Virus record (IMG/VR): IMGVR_UViG_3300048849_000141
Span: 1 to 43,177 of that record
DNA length: 43,177 nt
Direction: 5' to 3' (one strand)
Source: a virus
Lineage: Duplodnaviria > Caudoviricetes
Part shown: in pieces, positions 17,387 to 25,263 of the stretch
How positions within the stretch are numbered: position 1 is the stretch's first letter
Layout: every line of letters begins with the position of its first letter
Position numbers and translations under genes: made by a program
The notes under the pieces: generated by a model
The model's database searches: none
The model's input: the letters and a program-made list of their open reading frames with translations, nothing else
What the model was told of the DNA's origin: nothing

Positions 17387-17905
17387 ATGTACTTCCCAGA
17401 TAATTCTGAATTGGAGAAGGGCATGGAGATAATTTATAGCCATTTGGTTAATGAAGCGCAGCAGCAGAAGCAGAAGAGCATTGAAAGAAAGCAAAGGTTG
17501 CAAGCCGACGCAACCAACCTTATGCAACAGCTAAAAAAATGGCTCTATCTTCCTGAGCACGATTATATCGGTGAAGACGAGCGCCACCACCCGTGGGTTG
17601 ATGTTTATATAAAAAATCATGCGGGGAACTATGAGCGCAGGCCGCCGCAGGGGTTGCAGACTGATCGCAATCATGTCCTGAATTTTTATATTGGACTACT
17701 AATAGCTGGTGAAGGCCTTTCGGCTGGATGGTTGTATGTTCCTGTAGAAATGTTCTATCAGTCAGGTTCGCTTCATGTTGTGTCAGGAGATGAAAGGTCC
17801 CACGTTACGGTATTGCAAGGGAACGATTCTGGCCGATTATACGAAGCAGCCACATTGATAAAAAATAGCTTCATGAAAGCAATAAAAGACCCAAACCTAG
17901 CTTAA
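17387..17905 (+). CDS. Hypothetical moron in the late leader
   Basis: 172-aa ORF with TAAGGTGG RBS, flanked by terminators. Confidence 0.7.
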   Translation: MYFPDNSELEKGMEIIYSHLVNEAQQQKQKSIERKQRLQADATNLMQQLKKWLYLPEHDYIGEDERHHPWVDVYIKNHAGNYERRPPQGLQTDRNHVLNFYIGLLIAGEGLSAGWLYVPVEMFYQSGSLHVVSGDERSHVTVLQGNDSGRLYEAATLIKNSFMKAIKDPNLA

Positions 17906-17920
17906 GACCAATTATTTATA

Positions 17921-17948
17921 AAAAAGGCTCACTTCGGTGGGCCTTTCT
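17921..17948. terminator. Bidirectional terminator
   Basis: AAAAAGGCTCAC-TTCG-GTGGGCCTTT. Confidence 0.75.
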
Positions 17949-18057
17949 CGTTTTTGCGCACACCAATCAGTCTCCACACACACTTTTGATACCGTGGTGC
18001 TGCGCAATCCTCTCAATGAAAGTAAGCCGCCATCATCCCGGTGGCGGGAATCAGAGC

Positions 18058-18411
18058 ATGCCTCCAGAAAAAGACCCGGGCTTTTGGGCCACAGTGCTGC
18101 TGTGGCTGTATGCCCACAAAACAGAATGGGGATATGCCGGGGTAGCAGGCATGTTTTCACTATTACGCAGTGCCTATGCAAAAAGCCCATGGAGTAAGCG
18201 GGTTCTCGACGCTGTCTCCTGCAGCGCGCTGGCGTTCTTTGCTGGCCCGACGCTGCAGGTGATGGGCGCTTTATTTAACTGGAACATCCCCGACGCTGCT
18301 GCGCAGGTATTCGCGGTTTACATCGGGTATGTAGGCAATGACTACATCAGCGAAAGGCTTCGCAGGCTGATAGAGAGAAAGGCAGGGGAAACCAATGAAG
18401 GTCAGCAATAA
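18058..18411 (+). CDS. Holin, lambda S-like family
   Basis: MPPEKDPGFW..., 3 TMs, IGYVG.D, basic tail; precedes the endolysin. Confidence 0.88.
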   Translation: MPPEKDPGFWATVLLWLYAHKTEWGYAGVAGMFSLLRSAYAKSPWSKRVLDAVSCSALAFFAGPTLQVMGALFNWNIPDAAAQVFAVYIGYVGNDYISERLRRLIERKAGETNEGQQ

Positions 18412-18820
18412 CGGCATTAACCTCGTCAAACGCTTTGAAGGCCTGGAGCTTAAAGCTTACAGAGACAGTGTGGGCATTCTGACTATCGGTTACGGCCACA
18501 CCCACGCAGTTAAAGCAGGGGAAATTATTACCGGCGAACAAGCTGATGCTTTCCTTCGTGAAGATTTGCAGGTGGCAGAGCTGACCGTTAACACCAACGT
18601 GAAGGTAAAACTCACCCAAGGGCAATTCGATGCGCTGGTGTCATTTGTGTTTAACCTCGGATCAGGCAACTTCGTTAAATCGACATTTATCAAAAAGCTC
18701 AACGCTGGGGATTATGCTGGTGCAGCTGATGAGTTCGGCAAGTGGGTTAATGCTGGTGGTAAGAAGTTGCCCGGCCTCGTTAAACGCCGCGCAGCTGAAA
18801 GAGAGGTATTTCTTACATGA
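18395..18820 (+). CDS. Endolysin (GH24 lysozyme)
   Basis: FEG...AY.D..G..TIGYGHT catalytic triad; GLVKRR..E. Confidence 0.95.
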   Translation: MKVSNNGINLVKRFEGLELKAYRDSVGILTIGYGHTHAVKAGEIITGEQADAFLREDLQVAELTVNTNVKVKLTQGQFDALVSFVFNLGSGNFVKSTFIKKLNAGDYAGAADEFGKWVNAGGKKLPGLVKRRAAEREVFLT

Positions 18821-19251
18821 ACCCGTTAAACCTCATCAAAACTTTTTCACCTGTCATCGTCATTGGTCTTATCTGCCTGGCACTCTGGATGCTGAATGCC
18901 AGAAGCTCACAGCTTGAAGCAACCAATCAGCGCCTCGAGAAGCTGGCGAACAGCAAAGACGAGCAGATTAACGATCTGCGTTCAAAAAACGATGGTCTTG
19001 CATCAAGTGTTAACGACCTGGTCAAAGCAGTTAACCAACAGAACGCGGTGATGAGTCAGGTCACAGAGCAGCGTGCTGTAACAGCCCAGCAGAACCGGAA
19101 ACTACAGAATGAAATTAAGCGTTACCTCGCGGCGGACAAGTGTGCTGTTGCTCCTGTTCCCCCTGATGCTGTTGACCGGTTGCGCGACGCAGCAAAAGCC
19201 GCTGGTGGAGTACCGGACAGTAAAGCAGCCTCAGCTAAGCCTTCCAGCTGA
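18817..19251 (+). CDS. i-spanin (Rz-like)
   Basis: N-terminal TM plus coiled coil; follows the endolysin. Confidence 0.85.
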   Translation: MNPLNLIKTFSPVIVIGLICLALWMLNARSSQLEATNQRLEKLANSKDEQINDLRSKNDGLASSVNDLVKAVNQQNAVMSQVTEQRAVTAQQNRKLQNEIKRYLAADKCAVAPVPPDAVDRLRDAAKAAGGVPDSKAASAKPSS

Positions 19252-19411
19252 GCTGACCAACCCGATTAATGTGCCAGAACCGCCAGAGCCAATGACATTT
19301 GGTGATAGCATCATATTAAACGCAGAGCTGTACGGTAATCTGATGCAATGTAATATTGACCGAGCGGCAATAAGAAAGCTTGAGTCAAATGCGAAAATTA
19401 TTGGGAAATAG
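19109..19411 (+). CDS. o-spanin (Rz1-like lipoprotein)
   Basis: Signal peptide with LTGC lipobox, Pro-rich, CNID.AAIR; overlaps Rz. Confidence 0.85.
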   Translation: MKLSVTSRRTSVLLLLFPLMLLTGCATQQKPLVEYRTVKQPQLSLPAELTNPINVPEPPEPMTFGDSIILNAELYGNLMQCNIDRAAIRKLESNAKIIGK

Positions 19412-19419
19412 AGGTTTTG

Positions 19420-19929
19420 CTAGTCTACTTTCCAGTCTGCAATTTCATCTGCTAAATGCATTGCAGAATTCAACCCTGCCAAAGTTTCTTCGATAGCCCT
19501 CTTGTCATACCCAAACTGATATAGAGGTGAATCAGGCTTGAAGTCCTGAGAGATTGCAAAAATAATTTGATGAAACTGCATGATTTTCATTAACTTTATC
19601 GAAGGTATTAGGCCAATCTTCCCAAGGTTTGCATCGTAAAAGCGTGCATAGTTACTCGGAATGTTGACTTTGTACTGATAAACACCACCATTTTTGATGA
19701 TTGTTAAATCAAGCAACTCACTAAGGCCGGTCATGTAACCTCTGAATATTATAATATCTCTTAAGGAAATTATTTCGCTCACAAACCCAGCTAGCAAAGC
19801 TTTTGCTTCGTAGTTCCTTTTAGAGTGCTCTAAGCGATAATTGGCCAGACCTGATATGGTTGCACCAACCAATGCACCAGCCAAACCCGAGCCAGCAGCA
19901 ATGAGTTGATTAATTGTAGTGAGTTCCAT
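19420..19929 (-). CDS. Moron with N-terminal TM anchor
   Basis: AT-rich; LIAAGSGLAGALVGATISG anchor; likely start MELTT. Confidence 0.7.
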   Translation of the reverse strand: MELTTINQLIAAGSGLAGALVGATISGLANYRLEHSKRNYEAKALLAGFVSEIISLRDIIIFRGYMTGLSELLDLTIIKNGGVYQYKVNIPSNYARFYDANLGKIGLIPSIKLMKIMQFHQIIFAISQDFKPDSPLYQFGYDKRAIEETLAGLNSAMHLADEIADWKVD

Positions 19930-20043
19930 GAATATCCTTAAGTTCACAAAGTTAAATATTTATAATGTTACTACGAAGATTCTGCTTCACTAAGGATATT
20001 GTAATCCGTATTGTTTATCTTCCTTAAGCGAGCGGAGGTTGAG

Positions 20044-20364
20044 ATGAAAGACGGACTTTACCATGTGAACTTCAAGAGTAATCAGCAGGACTTTGGCGCG
20101 GGAATTGTCACTGTTAAAGATGGGAAAGCTAACGGTGGGGATTATGCATACATCTACCAAGGTGACATATCAGATGAAACCGCGCATCTTAAAGTAACAA
20201 GGTTCAATGATCAGGCTACATCTGTATTTGGTCCACTCAAAGAGTTTTACCTTGAACTAAAGGTTAAGCCCGTAATGGGTTACCACATTCTTGAAGGGCA
20301 TGTACAAGGGCAGCCAGGTATGCAGATTCAAATCCACGCCAAATTGCTTGCGCCATTAGCTTAG
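20044..20364 (+). CDS. GrlR-family beta-barrel protein
   Basis: MKDGLY.V.F.SN....G.GI...KDG..NGGD..Y.YQG resembles the LEE GrlR N-terminus; GGAGG RBS. Confidence 0.75.
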   Translation: MKDGLYHVNFKSNQQDFGAGIVTVKDGKANGGDYAYIYQGDISDETAHLKVTRFNDQATSVFGPLKEFYLELKVKPVMGYHILEGHVQGQPGMQIQIHAKLLAPLA

Positions 20365-20381
20365 AAATTTTTAATTCAAAT

Positions 20382-20405
20382 AAGCCGCCTACGGGCGGTT
20401 TTTTT
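20382..20405 (+). terminator. Rho-independent terminator
   Basis: AAGCCGCC-TACG-GGCGGTTTTTTT. Confidence 0.8.
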
Positions 20406-20416
20406 ATGGAGAGAAT

Positions 20417-20755
20417 ATGTCTGAACCACGCGTCTATAACAGCCGCTGGGACAAAGCCAGACTGTCATTCCTTAAGTCACATCCTCTATGTGTCATGTGT
20501 CACCGACAGGGCAGAGCTGCGGCTGCATCTGTCGTCGACCACATCAAGCCGCACCGGCTGAAGGAAGCGATTAACGGTGGCAAGCAGGATGAGATAGCAA
20601 AGGCTCAGAAGCTCTTCTGGGACAAGGCCAACTGGCAACCTCTCTGTAAGCAGCACCATGACTCAACCAAGCAGCGCGAAGAGAAGCGCGGTCACGTCAT
20701 CGGGTGCGATGAGAATGGCCTGCCCTTCGACCCGTCATCCCATTGGCGAAAGTGA
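20417..20755 (+). CDS. HNH endonuclease (packaging cofactor)
   Basis: PLCVMC...VVDHI.PH...NWQPLC..HH; upstream of terS. Confidence 0.9.
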   Translation: MSEPRVYNSRWDKARLSFLKSHPLCVMCHRQGRAAAASVVDHIKPHRLKEAINGGKQDEIAKAQKLFWDKANWQPLCKQHHDSTKQREEKRGHVIGCDENGLPFDPSSHWRK

Positions 20756-20819
20756 GAATGAATATCATTTGACATCAGGGGTAATGGGGTTGAGGTCAAA
20801 TGAGAACAGTTATCATCAC

Positions 20820-20910
20820 CACCCGGGAGGGCGGGATCAGAGTTCAGGAGCTAAAGACCTCCTGACCGCCCGCCCCCCTTTTTATGCACAACCGCGAAAT
20901 GAAAAGTTTT
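20820..20910. other. Probable cos region
   Basis: GC-rich non-coding interval between HNH and terS, the usual cos position in HK97/SfV-type phages; exact cut site not determinable. Confidence 0.45.
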
Positions 20911-20926
20911 TTTCTGGGAGGTTTTT

Positions 20927-21391
20927 ATGGCCGGAAGACGACCAAAGCCGACCCACCTTAAGGTCGTTACCGGCAATCCGGGTAAGCGAAAACTCAACGA
21001 CAAGGAACCTGCACCCGCACGAGAAATCCCGAGCCCGCCTTCACACCTCACCGACTGGGGAAAGGTTGCGTGGGGAAAGCTGACCGTTCTGCTTGACGGT
21101 ATGGGCGTGCTGACCGTTGCCGATGTGCTGGCGCTGGAAAGGCTCTGCGATATCTACGCCGACATTCTTCAGTTACGGATCACGATTGCTGAGGAAGGCA
21201 GAACCTATACAGTCCAGACCGAAGGCGGATTTCTGATAAAGGCCAACCCGGCTGTTTCAATGCTGGCTGATGCAGACCGGCGATTTAAAAGCTACCTGGT
21301 AGAGTTCGGCCTGACACCGGCTGCCCGGTCAAAGGTGAACGTGAATGGTGGAGAAAAAGAAGAAGACCCGCTCAACCAGTTCTTCGGTTGA
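20927..21391 (+). CDS. terS: Terminase small subunit (P27 family)
   Basis: GRRPKPT.LK...GNPGKR; EFGLTPAAR. Confidence 0.92.
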   Translation: MAGRRPKPTHLKVVTGNPGKRKLNDKEPAPAREIPSPPSHLTDWGKVAWGKLTVLLDGMGVLTVADVLALERLCDIYADILQLRITIAEEGRTYTVQTEGGFLIKANPAVSMLADADRRFKSYLVEFGLTPAARSKVNVNGGEKEEDPLNQFFG

Positions 21392-23090
21392 TCCGGCGAC
21401 GCAATATGCAATGGATGTAACCAGCGGAGCGGTAATAGCCGGGCCAGACATCCGCGCTGCCTGCGCACGCCACCTTCGCGATCTGGAAGAGGGTCCGAAG
21501 CGTGGCCTGTTCTGGGATGTTGAAGCTGTAACTCGCGTCGTTAATTTCTTCGCTCAGGTTCTGAAACTCAACGGCGGTGAGCATGAGGGTAAACCTTTTA
21601 TCCTGCTACCGTGGCAGTGTTTCATTGTTGGCTCCCTGTTCGGCTGGAAGGCGGAAGACGGAACACGCCGCTTTCGCATGAGTTATATCGAGTCGGGTAA
21701 AGGTTCCGGTAAATCGCCTCTGGCAGGTGGTGTAGGTCTTTACCTGCTGATGGCAGACAAAGAGCCCCGCGCCGAAGTCTACGCGGCGGCCACGAAAAAA
21801 GACCAGGCCATGATCCTGTTCCGCGATGCGGTAACGATGGTCGATCAGTCGCCCGCGCTGGCACAGCGCATCACCAAATCCGGCACCGGGCTTAACGTGT
21901 GGAACCTTGCGTTCCTGCAGACAGGCTCTTTCTTTAAGCCGATCAGCTCTGATGATGGTCAGTCAGGCCCGCGCCCGCACGGCGCACTGATTGACGAAGT
22001 GCATGAGCACAAAACAAACGCCGTTGTTGAGATGATGCGCGCTGGTACAAAGGGCCGCCGTCAGGCGCTGATGTTCCTCATTACCAACAGCGGCCACGAT
22101 AAAACCAGTGTCTGTTTCGAATATCACGAATACGGTCGCAAGGTGGCAGCGGGTGATTTGGTCGATGACAGCTTTTTCAGCTTCATTTGTTCGCTGGATG
22201 AGGGCGACGACCCGTTTAAAGATGAAGCCTGCTGGGGTAAAGCTAACCCGTCGCTGGGTCAGACTTTCACGGATAAATACCTGCGGGAGCAGGTGACGCA
22301 GGCCCGCGGCATGCCATCAAAAGAGAGCATTGTCCGACGCCTGAACTTCTGCGAGTGGGTGGAAGCGTCCGATCCGTGGATTGACAGCGACACCTGGATG
22401 AAGTGCGAACAGGAGTTTGACCCGGAAGATTTGGCGGGCGAAGAGTGCTTTGGCGGGCTGGACCTCTCAGGCTCCCGCGATCTGACAGCGTTGGCGCTTT
22501 ACTTTCCGAAATCCAAAAAGCTATTAGTTGAGTTCTGGACGCCGAAAGATTCCCTGCTGGAGAGAGCCAAAACTGACCACGTTCCCTATGACGCCTGGCT
22601 GCGTAATGGCTTCATTCACGCACCACCGGGTAAGGCAGTCAACTACGGTTTTGTGGCGGTGCGCATCGGTGAGCTGGCAGCCAGATATGATATTAAGTGC
22701 ATCGCGTTTGACCAGTACCGTATCAAGTATCTGGAACCAGAACTCGAAAGCGAGTCTGTGAGCGTTGACCTTGTTCCACACGGACAAGGGTTTTATAAGG
22801 CGCAGGAGTCCGGGCTTTGGATGCCGCGATCAATTGAGTTGTTTGAAGAACACCTGAATAACCGGGTTCTCGTTATCCGGCCTAATCCCTGCCTGCGCTG
22901 GAATGCAGCCTCTGCGGTTCTTGAGGCTGACCAGAAGGACAACCGCATATTTGCCAAGAAGAAAAGTACCGGCCGTATCGACGGCGTGGTGGCTTCCGCT
23001 ATGGCAATCGGTGCAGCAGAGGATGCGGTGCTGGTGGACAGCGGCGATCCCGATGACTTTTTTGATGACCCGATCATGGTAGGTATCTGA
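21345..23090 (+). CDS. terL: Terminase large subunit
   Basis: GKGSGKS Walker A, LIDEVHEH Walker B, GLDLS and RIDGVVA nuclease motifs. Confidence 0.95.
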   Translation: MVEKKKKTRSTSSSVDPATQYAMDVTSGAVIAGPDIRAACARHLRDLEEGPKRGLFWDVEAVTRVVNFFAQVLKLNGGEHEGKPFILLPWQCFIVGSLFGWKAEDGTRRFRMSYIESGKGSGKSPLAGGVGLYLLMADKEPRAEVYAAATKKDQAMILFRDAVTMVDQSPALAQRITKSGTGLNVWNLAFLQTGSFFKPISSDDGQSGPRPHGALIDEVHEHKTNAVVEMMRAGTKGRRQALMFLITNSGHDKTSVCFEYHEYGRKVAAGDLVDDSFFSFICSLDEGDDPFKDEACWGKANPSLGQTFTDKYLREQVTQARGMPSKESIVRRLNFCEWVEASDPWIDSDTWMKCEQEFDPEDLAGEECFGGLDLSGSRDLTALALYFPKSKKLLVEFWTPKDSLLERAKTDHVPYDAWLRNGFIHAPPGKAVNYGFVAVRIGELAARYDIKCIAFDQYRIKYLEPELESESVSVDLVPHGQGFYKAQESGLWMPRSIELFEEHLNNRVLVIRPNPCLRWNAASAVLEADQKDNRIFAKKKSTGRIDGVVASAMAIGAAEDAVLVDSGDPDDFFDDPIMVGI

Positions 23091-24394
23091 TGAAGGAAAA
23101 AAAACAGCCGGGTCGCATTAAGAGCGCGATTGTTAACTGGCTCGGTGAGTCAATCGGACTGAATGATGCTGCGTTCTGGCAGGAATGGTACGGCACAAGC
23201 AGCAGCGGAAAGGTAGTGACAGCAGAGAAAGCGCTGGCGCTGGCCTCTGTCTGGGCCTGTGTACGCCTGCTGAGTGAGTCAGTTTCAACTCTGCCGATGA
23301 AGGTATATGAAAGAGCAGCTGACGGCTCCCGCAAGCTGGCGCTTAATCATCCGGCCTATCAGTTACTGTGCCGCCGTCCGAACAGCGAAATGACGCCTTC
23401 GCGCTTCATGCTGATGGTGGTTGCCAGCATCTGCCTGCGTGGTAATGCCTACGTTGAGAAAAAGATGATCGGCCTGAAGCTGGTCTCTCTGGTTCCGCTA
23501 CTTCCTCAGTGTATGAAGGTTGAGCGGCTCGACAGCGGCGAACTGCAGTACACCTACACAGAGAAGGGCGTGAAGCGCATCATCCCGGTTAAAAATATGA
23601 TGCACATACGGGGCTTTGGTCTGGATGGCGTCTGCGGGATGATGCCGATGCGCACAGGGCGCGACGTGTTTGGCGCAGCGATGGCAGTCGAAGAATCAGC
23701 CGCAAAAATTTTTGAAAACGGTATTCAGACGTCAGGCTTCTTTCTGTCAAAGAACCTACTGACCAAAGAGCAGCGCCAAAAAAATCGCGAAAACCTTAAC
23801 CGGTTCGTCGGTTCGAAAAACGCGGGCAAGGTGATGGTTCTTGAGGGCGACATGTCCTACCAGGGCATCACCCTTAACCCTGAAGATGCTCAGATGCTGG
23901 AGTCACGATCATTCAGTATTGAGGAAATCTGCCGCTGGTTCCGCGTGCCGCCGTTTATGGTCGGTCACGTTGATAAGCAGAGTAGCTGGGCGTCGAGCGT
24001 TGAAGGCATGAACCTGCTGTTCCTGACAAATACGCTTCGGCCGATGCTTGTGAACATTGAGCAGGAGATATCACGCTGCCTGCTGAACGGTGATGAAGAC
24101 CTGTTTGCTGAGTTCTCCGTTGAAGGCTTGCTTCGTGCCGACAGCGCCGGACGCTCCGCTTATTACACCACCGCGCTGCAGAACGGCTGGATGTCCCGTA
24201 ATGACGTGCGCCGTCTGGAAAATCTGCCGCCGATTGAAGGTGGTGATATCTACACCGTGCAACTGAATCTGACACCGCTTGAAGACTTACGCAAAAACAG
24301 CACCGCCGCAAGGGCCACGCTGTTGCGTGAAGTTCACAACGCCGTTTTCCCGGACATTCCTTTCGAACAATCACCGCTTAAACAGGCGGCTTAG
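23090..24394 (+). CDS. Portal protein, HK97 family
   Basis: V.ACV.LLSESV..LP; EEICRWFRVPP.MVG; N.VR.LENLPP. Confidence 0.95.
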   Translation: MKEKKQPGRIKSAIVNWLGESIGLNDAAFWQEWYGTSSSGKVVTAEKALALASVWACVRLLSESVSTLPMKVYERAADGSRKLALNHPAYQLLCRRPNSEMTPSRFMLMVVASICLRGNAYVEKKMIGLKLVSLVPLLPQCMKVERLDSGELQYTYTEKGVKRIIPVKNMMHIRGFGLDGVCGMMPMRTGRDVFGAAMAVEESAAKIFENGIQTSGFFLSKNLLTKEQRQKNRENLNRFVGSKNAGKVMVLEGDMSYQGITLNPEDAQMLESRSFSIEEICRWFRVPPFMVGHVDKQSSWASSVEGMNLLFLTNTLRPMLVNIEQEISRCLLNGDEDLFAEFSVEGLLRADSAGRSAYYTTALQNGWMSRNDVRRLENLPPIEGGDIYTVQLNLTPLEDLRKNSTAARATLLREVHNAVFPDIPFEQSPLKQAA

Positions 24395-24405
24395 GAGCAC
24401 CCCCA

Positions 24406-25254
24406 ATGACAGTAAAAAGTCTTCCGGCAGCGCCGGAGGGGCGGCCTTTTGCGCGCGAAAATCGCGATCTGCCGTCTTCTGCAATGGAGCGCTGGAACGG
24501 CGGCATCAAAGCCGCAAAGAGTGATGACAACAGCATTTCGGTATTCGACGTCATTGGCGCTGACTGGTACGGCGACGGCGTTACCGCCAGTCGCATTGCT
24601 GCCGCGCTCCGATCAATCGGCGGTTCTGACGTAACCGTAAATATTAACTCGCCAGGCGGCAACATGTTTGAAGGCCTGGCGATTTATAACCTGCTTCGTG
24701 AGTACGAAGGGAAAGTCACCGTCAAGGTGCTGGGCCTCGCTGCTTCAGCAGCGTCGATTATCGCGATGGCCGGTGATGAGGTGCAGATCGGTCGCGGTGC
24801 TTTCCTGATGATCCATAACTGCTGGGTGTATGCAATGGGCAACCGTCACGACCTGCAGCAGATTGCGGCGGACATGGTGCCTTTTGATAAGGCGATGAAC
24901 GATATCTATAGCGCTCGGACCGGTCTGGATGCCGCCACCATCGACGCGATGATGGATGCGGAAACCTATATCGGCGGCAGCGATGCGGTTGAAAAAGGTT
25001 TTGCAGATCGCTTGCTGTCAGCAGATGAGATTGCAGATGGCGACGACAGCCCTGCAGCTGCGCTGCGCAAGCTGGACGCGATGCTGGCAAAAACTGACGC
25101 ACCACGCTCCGAACGTCGAAAACTTCTTAAAGCGTTAACCGGCGGCAAGCCAGGCGCTGCTGCCACCCCTGAAGGTATGCCGGGCGCTACCGACGAAATC
25201 AACCCCGAAAATATTGCACAACTTAAAAACGCGCTGGCCGCGTTCGGCAAATAA
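24406..25254 (+). CDS. ClpP-like prohead protease
   Basis: INSPGG..FEGLAIYN; AASAASIIAMAGD; MIHN. Confidence 0.93.
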   Translation: MTVKSLPAAPEGRPFARENRDLPSSAMERWNGGIKAAKSDDNSISVFDVIGADWYGDGVTASRIAAALRSIGGSDVTVNINSPGGNMFEGLAIYNLLREYEGKVTVKVLGLAASAASIIAMAGDEVQIGRGAFLMIHNCWVYAMGNRHDLQQIAADMVPFDKAMNDIYSARTGLDAATIDAMMDAETYIGGSDAVEKGFADRLLSADEIADGDDSPAAALRKLDAMLAKTDAPRSERRKLLKALTGGKPGAAATPEGMPGATDEINPENIAQLKNALAAFGK

Positions 25255-25263
25255 GGATCAACA

